From the NCBI RefSeq assembly GCF_036971445.1, contig NC_091471.1:331018001-331082000 (forward strand): 64,000 nt of DNA, given 5' to 3'. Origin of the DNA: Narcine bancroftii. Taxonomy: Eukaryota. Below the pieces are notes generated by a model. The model saw only the letters and a program-made list of their open reading frames with translations, did not search any database and was not told where the DNA came from. The position numbers and the translations under genes are program-made. Numbering within the stretch: the first letter of the stretch is position 1; each line of letters opens with the position of its first letter. Shown here piece by piece: positions 49,208 through 61,945 of the stretch.

Positions 49208-51289
49208 AAACAAGGGAAAAGCCAGATTGGACAAGATTAGAACTAGATAAAATAGGGGAGAAGATACCTGAACATATATAAATGGGATGAAAAATTGGTA
49301 TCAATGTAGGAATTCTCCAGTATTACATCATCTGCTCAATATTTGGAAGAAGATTCATGTAGAAAGGAATAAAACAAATTACCAATTACCACAACTAATA
49401 TTGACGCAAATCAGCTAATCCCTTTTACAATAGATAACCTTTCCTTTAGAGAATGGGAGAAAAAAGGGATCAAAAGAATAGAAAATTGCTTTTCAGGAAT
49501 AAATTACTATCCTTTGAACAAATGAAGGATAAATATAATATAACTCAAGATACAGTGCTGGCATACTACCAACTGAAATCCTACTTGAAGGACAAATTGG
49601 GAAACAGTCTGAAGTTACCAGAGGGAAGTAATTTTGAATATGTGATTACAGATACATTGATAATCAAAACATTTATAAGAAATATGTATATTAAACTGCA
49701 AGAAAAGGAGAATGAGGAAACAAATGGTAAAACTAAACAAAAATGGGATCAAGATTTAAACATAAAGATAAAGAAGGAAACATGGGAGAAGTTATGTTCT
49801 GGAACGATGAGAAATACAATAAATACGAGGTTACGTATGATACAATATAACTGGATACACAGGCTATACATTCCACCTCAAAGTTAAATAAATGGGACCC
49901 AACAGTATCTGATAGATGTTTTCGATGTAAAAAAGAATTGGGAACAACAATTCATGCAATCTGGACATGTGAGAAAGTAGAAAAATTTTGGGAAGATCTA
50001 AACCAGATATTAAATAAAATTACAGAAAACAATATACCAAAAATCCAGAGATCTTCCTCCTACGTAACATAAAAAACAAAGAATTTGGACTTGATTTGGA
50101 TGGTGCACAAAAAAGATTTGTTAGGATAGCCCTAGCCATAGCAAAAAAATGTATTATGTCAGCCTGGAAATTAGAAGATAACTTGAGAATACAACAATGG
50201 TATATAGAAATGAATAAATGTATTCCATTAGAAAAAAATAACATATAATTTAAGAAATAATATTCCAGTATTTGAACAAATATGGGAGCCATACATGAAA
50301 CACAATAGAGAAAACCTACCGGGGACATCTACCACCTAAAATGATAGAAGGAGAAGGAAATGAAAAGAATTGACTCAGTGGAATTTCTTGTTTATTTTTA
50401 TTGAGTGACAACATTGTTTTGACGTGTTTAATGTATCTTAGATTCTGTACTTTAAATGAATGGGAGGGGCAGGTAGGGAGGGTGGGATGGGAAGAAGGGG
50501 GGGGAGAAAACGACACTATATATTTGAAAAGAAAAATGTATGTATCTTGATCAATGTTTATAGTGTGAAAAATAAAAAAATTAAAAAAGAAAAAGACTTC
50601 AGCCCTGGGAAATATTCCCAGACCACCCTCTCCCTGTGGTGCAAAAAGGTCCGCAGCCCTGGGAAATGTTCCTCGACCACCATTGTGGTGTGAAGAGGTC
50701 GGGCCCAGGCTGCGCAGGTGAAGTCTCGTGATGTCAGTGCTTGCATATTATGTCATGTAAATGATTAAAATTAAAGGATACCTACCTTTTGAAACAGCGG
50801 CCACTTTGGCCCATCTCAATGGGGCACTATATGAGATGAATGGCCATCCTCGTTCACTATGATCCCTCACACAGATGGATTTCCCAGAGCGTTTCCAGGT
50901 GCGTTGAGGGATTATGGAAAATAAGTTGGCAATTCACCCCATATTGTGCCCCGTCGTGACGTGCTGAAGTGTGGGGTGGAGGGGGGGGCGTGGAGGGAGC
51001 GGCGAGTAACTGACTGATCAGACGGTTGGGGGAGATTGGGGGGGGGTGGAGAGACAAACGGACCGATGCACTTACTCCTATGAGTGTGTATCGTGTCATT
51101 GGTTGGGGGCAGGACTCCCACTAAATTGCTGGGGAGGACAAATTCCTGGAACTTAGACTGTGGGGTGAAGGGGCTAGGAGGTCTGCATTCCCGGGAATTT
51201 CTCCAGGGCAAAGTTGGGTCACTGCTCGCTTGCAGTGTGAAAATGGCCAGAGTCTGACTGCAGGATCCAGAGAGTGTATGCAGGGCTCT

Positions 51290-51900
51290 GAAAGGATCAC
51301 AAGACATTGGAGCAGAAGTTAGGCCCATCGAGTCTGCCCACCACTCTAATCATGAGCTGATCAATCCTCCCACTCAGCCCCACTCCCCGCCTTTCTCCCC
51401 ATAACCCTCTGCTTTAAATCTACCCAACGACCTCACTTCCACCGCCACCTGTGGCCACATTCCACAGACTCACCACCCTCTGGCCGAAGAAATTCCTCAG
51501 CGTCTCTGTTTTAAATTGACACACTTTTACCCAGAAGTTGTGCCTTCTAGACCGAGATTCCCCGACCGTGGGAAACATCTTTACCACATCTACTCTGTCC
51601 AGACCTTTCAACATTCAAAATGCCTCGATGAGGTCCCTCTCATCCTTCTGTCCTCCCAATGAGTACAGTCCAAGAGCTGATAAATGTTCCTCATTTGCTA
51701 ATCCCTTCATTCCTGGTATCATTCTGGTAAATCTCTGAACCATCTCCAACACCACCACGTCTCTTCTCAAATACGGTGCCCAGAACTGTACATAGTTCTC
51801 CACGCGAGCCTTATAGAGTCTCAACAACACATCCCTGCTCCCCTTCCATGGGAAATATCCTTGCCACATCTACTCTGTCCAGCCCTTTCACCATTCACAA
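51290..51900 (-). mobile_element. CR1 LINE 3' fragment
   Basis: VQFWAPYLRRD..FTRMIPGMKGL; NFFGQRVVSLWN. Confidence 0.8.
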
Positions 51901-52097
51901 TGTCCAGGTTTACAGGGGAGAGTGGGTGCAGCCTCTGAGCTGTGGAAGGATCCGGTTTGGGAACGTGGGTGAGATGGAGAGTGTGTTATGTTCTTTCACT
52001 GTGTGAGAGGGAAGTGGGATGGGGAGATAGCTCTGTGAGTCGATCTTGCTTCTGCCAATGAGAGTTGACCGCGAATTCCCATCTGCCTCTATTGTAG

Positions 52098-52242
52098 ATG
52101 CCGTCCGAGAAGTTCAGAAGTACAGCATCGTGGATAAGGTGGATCTGAAAACTCTTCCCACGGCGGAGGACCACATCCATATGAAGCTATTCCGCGCTCA
52201 GAGGAACCTCTACATTGCTGGCTTTGCTCTGTTGCTCTGGTT
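52098..52242 (+). CDS. BCAP31: BCAP31 exon DAVREVQKYS...HMKLFRAQRNLYIAGFALLLW
   Basis: ttgtag| ... |gtgagt; hallmark KLFRAQRNLYIAGF. Later exons are not present before the gap. Confidence 0.95.
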
Positions 52243-53665
52243 GTGAGTTTACATGCACTCCTATCGTAATCAACCTGCCCTCAATCCCTAACCAGTAACA
52301 ATTCCCCGTCACCTGAGGATGAGATGTGTTGTGGCAGACATGCTGACAGCTTTTCTCCAATATGATCCTGGGAGTGTGTGATGGGACGGTGCGGAGGGAG
52401 CTTCGCTCTGTGTCTGACCCCGGGAGTGTGCGATGGGATGGTGCGGAGGGAGCTTCACTCCGTGTCTAACCCCGGGAGTGTGCGATGGGATGGTGTGGAG
52501 GGAGCTTCACTCCATGTCTGACCCCGGGGAATATGTGATGGGATGTGCAGAAGGATCTTCATTCTGTGTCTGACCCCGGGAGTGTGTGATGGGATGTCCA
52601 GAGGGAGCTTCACTCTGGGTCTGACCCCAGGGAGTGGGTGATGGGACGGTGCGGAGGGAGCTTCATTCTTTGTCTGACCCCGAGTGTGACGGGACGGTGC
52701 CGTGCAGTTCCAATAATCTCCTCACGAGGGGGCACTGGAGCTGCGATATTGGACAGTAGCTGGGAGATAGAAGAAGGATTGAAGGGCGTAGGAGGTTGGG
52801 GAGAGTGACAAGGAGTGCTTTCCCCAACCGGAAACATTCTGGCCCACCAGAGACTGCCACAGAATCTGTTGTGAAATTAGTGGAGGGCCTCTGCACTGTT
52901 CCAAATCTGGCACAGCCTCTGGTCTGTACAGTCACCTGTGTGAGCACGTGTAGTGAGAGAGATGAAATGTCAGGCAGTTCACATTGCAGAGACAGGGAGG
53001 GGGTTACAGAGACAGGGAGGGGTGTAGGAGACCGGAGGGGATGACAGAGACGGGGAGGGGTGTGGGGGATCGGAGGGGGTGACAGAGACAGGGAGGGGTG
53101 TAGGGGACTGCAGGGGGTGACAGAGGCAGGGAGGGGTGTAGAGGACCGGAAGGGGTGACAGAGACAGGGAGGGGTGTAGAGGACTGGAGGGGGTGACAGA
53201 GACAGGGAGGGGTGTAGAGGACCGGAGGGGTGACAGAGACAGAGAGGGGTGCAGAGGACCGGAGGGGTAACAGAGACGGGGAGGGGTGTGGGGATCGGAG
53301 GGGGTGACAGAGACAGGGAGGGGTGTAGGGCACTGAAGGGGGTGACAGAGACAGGGAGGGGTGCAGGGGACCGGAGGGCGTGACAGAGACAGGGAGGGGT
53401 GTGGGAGATCGGAGGGACTGACAGAGACAGGGAGTGGTGTGGGAGGGGGTGACTGAGACAAGGAGGGGTATGGGGGACCGGAGGGAGTGATAGAGACAGG
53501 GAGGGCTATGGGGGACTGGAAGAGCCCTCTGGGACCCCCTCCCCCCACCCCTGCTGCTCTGTGCTGGTGACCTAGGGTCGCATTCTACAGCTGTAACGGG
53601 AGAGCAACGAGCCTGTGTGAAGTGAAACCCCTGGATGAATTGCTTCCTCGAAAAGCACCTGATCA

Positions 53666-53865
53666 NNNNNNNNNNNNNNNNNNNNNNNNNNNNNNNNNNN
53701 NNNNNNNNNNNNNNNNNNNNNNNNNNNNNNNNNNNNNNNNNNNNNNNNNNNNNNNNNNNNNNNNNNNNNNNNNNNNNNNNNNNNNNNNNNNNNNNNNNNN
53801 NNNNNNNNNNNNNNNNNNNNNNNNNNNNNNNNNNNNNNNNNNNNNNNNNNNNNNNNNNNNNNNNN
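53666..53865. other. Assembly gap (200 N)
   Basis: Run of exactly 200 N, a placeholder size. Confidence 0.99.
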
Positions 53866-55487
53866 TTTAAAACCAGGTTGGAGAGGGCCCAGATGGAAAT
53901 ACAAGGTGCTGTTCCTCCAATCTGTGGGTGGCCTCAGCTTGGTAGAGTGGCGGGGGCCTGGAATGCCTCGCCAGGGGTGGCAGTGGAGGCTGGAACACTG
54001 GGGGCATTTATGAGACTTTTAAACACACAGATGGAAGGAAAATAGAGTGTTACAGGAGTTAGTATTTTTTGGGGGTGGGCCGAAGGGCCTGTACCAGACT
54101 CTAGTGTTCCACGTGGAACTGAAATGTTTGACAACTGGGAGGCCGTTCCTGCCGCAGACAGAGCGAAGCGATCTCCTAGTGCATGCCTGGTTTCTCCACC
54201 ATAGAAGAGACCACAGTGGGGGCTCTGAACGCAGTCGGCCACTCTCCCACGAGTACAGGAGGAAGTGTCCCTTCATTTGGGAGGGGCTGTTGGCTTTTAT
54301 TTTGTGCCATTTCTGGATCCGGTGGACAGAGGGTCTTTGTCGCCAGGACAGAGGAAGGCGGTTTTGTCGGATTGTCCCCATGTGATGGGATGACAATGGA
54401 CTTGGTTTGACCTGCATGTCGGAGCTGAGGGATTAATTGGGAAAGCCAAAAGTGAACTTGGACAAATCCTGTCTGTACAAAAATGGGGCCTGAAATATTG
54501 CTTCCCGTGGATGAGGCCAAGTTTCTCCAGCACGTTCAGAGTCTGTTTTACGATGAACCCATAAGTGGAGTCGGGAGTGAAGAAGGGAAACATGATGCTG
54601 GCATTCATTTCAGGAGGAATCGAACACACGAGCAGGGATGTGATGTTGAGGCTTCATCAGGCTCTGGGGAGACCTTGCATGGAGTATTGTGAGCAGTTTT
54701 GGGCTCCTCATTAATGTACTGATGTTGGGAGTGTTTGACAGCTCTTGGCCTGAACTCGTTGGAATTTAGGAGATTGAGGGGAGAATCTCAATGAAACAAG
54801 TTGAAAGGCAAGGACAGAGTAGATGTAGAAAGGTTGTTTCCCCCACGATGGGAGAATCCAGGACAAGAGGGCACAACTTCAGGATTGAAGGGCATCTGCT
54901 TAGAACAGAGACACGGAGGAATTTCTTTAGCCAGAGGGTGGTAAATCTGTGGGATTTGTTGCCACAGGAGGTTGTAGAGGCTGGGACATTGGGTGTATTT
55001 AAGGGGGAGGTTCTTTATGAGCCAGGGTTACGGGGAGAAGGCCAGGCAATAGGGCTGAGTGGGGGAATGGAGCAGCTCATGATTGTATTTAAATACAGAC
55101 CGACAGCCCGGTAACAGACCTTCCGGCCCACCAGCCTGTGCTGGCCAATTGACCTACAACCCCGGTACGTTTTAAAAGGTGGAAGGAAACTGGAGCCCCC
55201 GGGGAAAACTCATGTAGACACGGGGAGGACATGCAAACTCCTCACAGACAGCGCGGCATTCGTACCCTGTGTGCCTGTGTGAATCAAACTGGCCTCATCA
55301 TGTCACGTGCGGTATCAGTTGGCAGATGGAGGGGGCGGAATCAAACGTCAATCCCCTTCCCTGTGGAGATGCCCCTCGCTCCAGTCCCCAGGTTCATCCT
55401 GGCCGCACACAAGGCCTGTCCAATGGACCCCCATTCCCCCTGACCCCTAACCCCGTTCCCTGCCCCCTCTCCCCACACATGTCCTTA

Positions 55488-55610
<123 letters not shown>

Positions 55611-55866
55611 TCAGGGGGGGGTGCTGGGACCCACAGAGACCACCCTGCTCCCCCTACCCCCTCTCTCCCTCTCCTACCCCTCTCTCTCCCCCTCCCCCTC
55701 CCTCCCTGTGTCCCCTCTCTCTCCCCTCCCCCCTCTCTCTCCTACCTCTTTCCCCCTCTACCTCTCCCTCTCTCGGCCCCCTCTCTCCCTCTGCCCCCTC
55801 TTTCCCTCTCTCTCCCCCCCACTTCCCCTTCCCCCTTTACCCTCTCTCCCCCTCCCCCTTACCCAC

Positions 55867-56001
55867 CTGGGCTTCCCCCAGCTTCCCCCAGTCAGGCTTC
55901 AAGTAGTAGATGATACCCTGGACGGCCCCATTCAAGGTGAGTCCTCTCACCAGCAGAGCCACCAGGATGAAGTAGGGGAACGTCGCTGTCATGTACACGA
56001 T
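55867..56001 (-). CDS. SLC6A8: SLC6A8 exon 5 [45 protein letters not shown]
   Basis: 135 bp, canonical splice sites. Confidence 0.96.
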
Positions 56002-56306
56002 CTGTGGGCCAGAGGGGAGGTGGTTAATGGGCCCAGCACCCTCAGGTGGGGGAGAGAGTACAATCTCAACACCCTGTGGTTCTAGCCACCCAGACACCCA
56101 CCCACCTTCAGGCCCCCTCCCCCCCATTCCTGGAAGTCCTGGACCCCCTTCCACCCCTACACCAAGGGTCACAGACCCCCTTTCCCCCACCCTGGAGGTC
56201 CTGGACCCCCCACCCACCTTCCTGAAGTTTAGGTACTCCTCCCCCATTCCCATGGGTTCTGGACCCCCCCCTCCCCTGTTCCTCGGAATTCCGGACCCCC
56301 ACCCAC

Positions 56307-56439
56307 CTTCCCAGAGGTCTTCACACCCTTCCAGATGCAGAAGTAGACAAGCATCCAAGTGGCGATGAGGCAGATGCACAACTCCCAGCCAATGTCCCCG
56401 ACGTCCCCAATGCCACTCGACAACCTCAGCACCCGTCTC
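56307..56439 (-). CDS. SLC6A8: SLC6A8 exon 4 [44 protein letters not shown]
   Basis: 133 bp, canonical splice sites, phase 2 to 0. Confidence 0.96.
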
Positions 56440-56716
56440 CTGTAACAGCAGAGGTGGTGAGGCGGGCATGAGGCCATTCAGCCCCTCAATACTGCTCCCA
56501 CAGCCGTTCGGCCCCTTGATACTGCTCCCCACAGCCGCTCAGCCCCTCGATACTGTTCCCACAGCCTGGAGGCCACTCAACCCATCAGTGCTATTCCCCA
56601 GAATCACAAGGTTGTTCAGCCCTTACATCAGGTTTCCCGCCCAGCCCACAAGTGCCCCCCCCCCCCCAACCACCATATCCCAGAGGTAGACAGTGTGCGC
56701 ATAAGACCCGACTTAC

Positions 56717-56945
56717 TCCCAGAACTGGATGATGGAGGACTGGGCCGGAGCGGTGGGCGGACAGACCTCAGCGCTGGCATTGGCCCCGCCCTCATAGCAA
56801 GCAGCTGTGTTCCACGTGTTATTGCAGGAGGCCCAGGGCAGTGGGGAGGAGAATGAGTGGGCCAGGTAGAAACAGCTCCATGCCAACACCAGAATGTAGT
56901 AGGAGTTGCAGAAGAAGACGATCACCATGGAAGCACAGCCCAGGC
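56717..56945 (-). CDS. SLC6A8: SLC6A8 exon 3 GLGCASMVIVFFCNSYYILVLAW...LPWASCNNTWNTAAC...IIQFWE
   Basis: TM3 with the CT1-type Cys (VIVFFCN); EL2 disulfide motif; canonical splice sites. Confidence 0.96.
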
Positions 56946-57064
56946 CTACGAGGGACAGAGAGGCTGCAGTTCACCTTTCTTGCATCCCTGATGGATCTTC
57001 CAGGACCCTCCCGCAGATGACCCGACCCTTCCTCCCTACTTCTCCCCACCCCCTCCCTCCCTCA

Positions 57065-58860
57065 AGACCGCAGAACACTGCAGCACAGAAACAGACCCTT
57101 TGGCCCTTCTAGTCTGTCTTGAACTATTATTCGGCCTTGTCCCACTGACCTGGACCCAGTCCATTGCCCTTCAATCCTCTCCTGTCCACAGATCTGTCCA
57201 AATTCTTCTTAAATGTTAAAATTGAGCCCGCATTCACCACCTCGGCTCATTCAACACCCCCATCACTCTCTGTGTGAAGAAGCTCCCCCTAAACTGTTCG
57301 CCCTTCACCCTTAACCCATGTCCTCACTGACCCTCAGTGGAAAAAGCCGACCTACATTTATTCTGTCTATCCCCCTCATAATTTTAAACACCTCGATCAA
57401 ATCTCCCCTCGTTCTTCTACACTCCAGGGAATAAAGTCCAAATCTGTTTAACCTTTCCCTGTAATTCAGTTCCTGAAGTCTGGGCAACATCCTAGTAAAT
57501 CTTCTCTGCACTCTTTCAATCTTATTGATATCTTTCCTGTAATTCGGTGACCAAAACTGCACACAATTCTCCAAATTCCAGCGAGTACATTCTCAGATGA
57601 CAACACCTCCAATCAGTGTCATCTGCTAACTTGCTGATTCAATTTACCACATGATCATCCAGATCATTGATATAGATAACAAACAACAATGGTCCCAGCA
57701 CCGATCCCTGAGGAACACCACTAGTCACAGGCCTCCAGTCTGAGAAGCAATCATCCACCACTACTCTCTGGCTTCTCCTGTTCTGCCATTGTAAAATCGA
57801 ACCAAGCGCCTGAACCTTCCTGATGAACCTTGTCAAAGGCCTTTCTAAAGCCCATGTAGACAACATCCACAGCCTTTCCTTCATCACCTTTCCTGGTAAC
57901 CTCCTTGAAAAACTTGATAAGATTGGTTAAACACGACCTACCATGCACCAAGCCATGTTAACTATCTCTAATCAGTCCATGGCTATCCAAATATTTGTAT
58001 ACCTAATCTCTTAGAACACCTTCCAATAATTTACCTACTACTGACATCATCAGGCTCACTGGCCTATAATTTCCAGGGTTACATTTGGAGCCTTTTTTAA
58101 ACAACGCAACAACATGAACTACTCTCCAATCCTTTGGCACCACACCTGTGACTAAGGACATTTTAAATATTTCTGCCAGAGCCCCTGCAAATTCTACATG
58201 AGCCTCCCTCAAGGTCCGAGGGAATATCTTGTCAGGCCTTGGGGATTTATTCTCCCTTATTTGCTTTAAGAGAGCAAGCACTTCCTCTTCTTTAATCTGC
58301 ATCGGATCCGTGACCTCACTTCTTGTTTTCCTGACTTCCCACAGCTCTGCACCCATTTCCTGTGTGAATACTGATGAAATAAAAACATTTAAGATCTCCC
58401 CCATCTCTTTTGGCTTCATACAAAGGGGACCCATTTTGTCCCTCACTATCCTTTCTCTCTTAATATACCTGTAGAAACCTTTAGGATTTTCCTTCACATT
58501 CTCTGCAAAAGCAACCTTGTGTTTTCTTTTAGCCCTCCTGATTTCTGTCGAGGTTTTTCTTGCATTTTTTATACCTCATTTGCTTCATGTTGCCTATACC
58601 TGTTATACACTTTCTGAACCAGATCTCCAGTATCCCTTGAAAACCAAGGTCCCCTCTGCCTGCTAACTTTGAATTTAATCCTGACAGGAAAACACAAACT
58701 CTGGACTCTCGAAATCTCGCCTTTGATGGTCCTCCAAGGACCTCATACGTCCTTGCTTGAAACTTATCCCAATCCATGAATTCTGGGTCCTTTCTCATTT
58801 CCTGCAGACTGGCCCAATTAAGAATCTCAGCCCAATTTAGAATCTCAACCCAATCCCTCA
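57065..58860 (-). mobile_element. CR1-clade LINE remnant in SLC6A8 intron 2
   Basis: [75 protein letters not shown]. Confidence 0.9.
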
Positions 58861-59674
58861 CACCCGTCTGTCTCCAGAATTAACTTGAAACCCTTCTGGC
58901 CCATGGGCGTGCGTTGTCCAATTCACCTCCAACCCCAAACGGGAGGAAGAAAACTGGAGCCCCCCCCTCACACAGACACAGCCAAGAATGTGCAGACAGC
59001 ACGGGGATTTGAACCCTTGATGCTGGAACTGCGTTGCTCCGATTGTGTGCCTGCCAAACCTTCCCTGTTGTTTACTCTGAATGAGTTGGGGTGGGGTGTG
59101 TGCGATTAGAGGCTGAAGCAGTTGGAGAAGAGGGAGTGAGACCTGGCCCCCTCCCCACCCATGTGGAGTGAGGAGAACATCAGGAGCAGGAGTCAGCCAT
59201 CTGGCCCGTCAAGCCCTGCTGCACCATTCAATGTGATCGTCTAATCTCCACTGACCTGCCTTTTCCCCATATCCCTCAATTCCCCGACGATGTAAAAATC
59301 TACCCAATCTTGTCTTAAATCTACTGACTGAGGTCACCTCCACTGCTTCAATGGGCAGCAAATTCCACACCCTCTGGGAAAAGCATCTCCATCCTAAATC
59401 TACTCCACTGGATCTTGAGACTCTGTCCCCTCATTCTGGTCTCCCCCACCAAAGGGAAGAACTTACCCACCTCTATCTGATATCTGATCCACGCCTTTCA
59501 TAATTTTATGTTTCTATCAGATCCTCTCTCATCTGTCTAAATTCCAGCGAGTCCAGTCCCAGACACCTCAAACTTTCCCCGTAGGCCAACCCCCCTCATC
59601 CCTGGAATCAACCCGGTGTACCTCCTCAGGCCTGCCTCCAACGCCAGTCCACCCTTGCTCAAGTTTCCACTGAC

Positions 59675-59806
59675 CTTTGAAGAGCGGGACAATGTTCCAG
59701 GCATTGATGCCTCCAGCCTTCATGAACTGTCCAAGGGAGATCTCCAGGAAAAAGATGGGAATGCCTCCAAACAAAGCCACCAGGAGGTAGGGGATGAGGA
59801 ACACGC
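59675..59806 (-). CDS. SLC6A8: SLC6A8 exon 2 [44 protein letters not shown]
   Basis: 132 bp, canonical AG/GT, phase 1-1. Confidence 0.96.
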
Positions 59807-60929
59807 CTGGAAGGAAAGGACACGGCCCACAGAGTTGAGACAGTGGCAATTCGATCACGAGCTACCACTCAGCCCCTCAGCCTGGCCTTCTCCCCCTTAC
59901 CTACGATGCCCTGGCTGATCGAGAATCCCTGCCTTGAATATATCCTAGGACCTGGCCTCCATGCCCGCCCGTGGCCACAAATTCCACAGATTAATCGCCT
60001 TCTGGCTGACAAGATTCTACCTGCATCTCGGTTCTGAAACGGACAATAATTGAGTGACCTGCCCCTCCCACTGTTAGGTTGAGATCACACCAGCAACTTG
60101 TGTGCAGATATGTTGGTTCAGCTTCCACCAGGAGTTGGTGCATTGGTCAGTATCCCTGGGTCAGATCACTCCAGAAACAACCTGCACAGTTCCCGGTGTC
60201 TGTACCCCTGGGTCAGATCACACCAGGAACACCGTGCACATATCCTGGTCTCTGTACCCCTGTGTCAGACTGTACCAGGAACACCGTGCTCAATTCCCAG
60301 TCTCTATCCTTGATTCCCGATTTCCTCCAGTATTTTGTGAGAGAAGGTTGTGTGGGGGAAAGGAGGGAAGGGGTTACAGAGACAGGGAGGGGTGTAGGGG
60401 ACCGGAGGGGGTTACAGAGACAGGGTGGGGTATAGGAGACCGGAGGGGGCTACAGAGGCAGGGAGGGGTGTAGAGGACTGGAGTGGGTGACAGAGAGGAA
60501 TGTAGGGGACCGGAGGGGGTTACAGAGACAGGGAGAGGTGTAGGGGACCGGAGTAGGTGACAGAGACAGAGAGGGATGTAGGGGACCGGAGGGGGTTAAA
60601 GAGACAGGGAGGGATGTAGGGGACTGGAGGGGGTTAAAGAGACAGGGAGGGGTGTGGGGTTACTCTAAGTGACCTGTGTTCTCCCCATTGTACCCCCCAA
60701 CACATTGGGTGATTTGATGTTACCATTTGCCAACTCCCAGGTCTCTGACACATGGGAGGAAACTGGAGCCCCCGGGGAAAATGCATGTAGACACGGGCAA
60801 GAATGGGGAAACTCCTTACAGACAGCGCGGGATTCAAACCCCCAATCGCTGGTCAGCTACCGGTCAGCATTGGCATTCTACACGGGGTCAGAGTTGGGCC
60901 ACTTTGTTTTATGCTGTATGGCAGTGATC

Positions 60930-61945
60930 GGGGTGTGAAAACTGGTAGTTGGGCGGGCGGTGCTGAGGGAACAGAGAAATTTGGATCGATTGGGAGAATG
61001 GTGGCAGACAGAATGCAATGTTGGGAAGTATACAGTCATGAACTTGGGTGGAAGAAATAAACATTATTTAGATGGTGAAGAAAATTCAAATTTCCCAGGC
61101 ACAGAGGGACCTGGGAGTCCTCATGCAGGATTCCCTGAACGCAGGGGTGGCTGACTTATTAATGTTTAATGCAGACATGCAGAGCAGGGTAACAGGACGT
61201 TTCGCCCCACAAGGCTGTGCCCGGGTTGTGGGGGGGGAAGGTTAATTGGGCCTAGTGGGGCAAAACGGCCTGTTACCTCGCTGCATGTCGGAGTTATATA
61301 TTAAAAGGTTGGCCCTTCCCCCCATACCGTATATTTCAACCTCCAGGTTGGGTTGGCAGTGGAGAAGGCGAATGCATTGTTGACGTTGATTTCCAGAGGG
61401 ACAGCGGGCAGGAGCAGGGACGTGAAGTTGAGACTATAAGGTGAGACGTCATATGGAAAACTGTGTACAGTTCTGGGCACCGTATTTGAGAAGAGACGTG
61501 GTAAGATTGGAGAGGGTTCAGAGATTTACCAGAATGATAGGAGGAATGAAAGGGTTAGCAAATGAGGAACGATTGTTGGCTCTTTGGACTGTACTTGTTG
61601 GGAGGACAGAAGGATGAGAAGGACCTCATTGAGGCATTTCGAATGTTGAAAGGCCTGGACAGATTAGATGTGGCAAGGATGTTTCCCACGGTCGGGGAGT
61701 CTGGGACAAGAGGCCACAACCTCAGGGTAAAAGAGAAGGTCTTTAGCCAGAGGGCGGTGAGTCCATGGAACTTGTGGCCACGGGCAGCAGTGGAAGTGAG
61801 GTTGTTGGGCAGATTTAGGGCTGAGATACTTGATCAGTCAGGGCATCGCGGGTTACAGGGAGTGGGGCTGTGAGAGGCGGATCAGCCCAGGATTAGAGTG
61901 GCGGGGCAGGCCCGATGGGCCGGCTTCTGCTCCGGAATCTTGTGG
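60930..61945 (+). mobile_element. CR1 LINE 3' fragments in SLC6A8 intron 1
   Basis: DLIEAFRMLKGLDRLDVARMFPTVGESGTRGHNL; similar to the copies at 25850-26460 and 51300-51850. Confidence 0.78.

Larger units (their letters stand above)
41822..50595 (+). mobile_element. Full-length but inactivated L1-clade LINE (5'UTR, ORF1 ~42400-43172, ORF2 APE+RT from 43692, 3'UTR, polyA) with two nested insertions
   Basis: ORF1 NRRNNIKIVGL and PDISFELLKKRKEF; APE NINGI..QETHL, GGDFN, SRID, SDHSP; RT RQGCPLSPLLF, LFADD; TSD ACTTCAGCCC at 41812-41821 and 50596-50605. Confidence 0.93.

Noticed and set aside
53575-53665. Candidate next BCAP31 exon after cctag
   Set aside because: The translation (VAFYSCNGRATSLC...) does not resemble the expected LRRLVTLISQQA segment.
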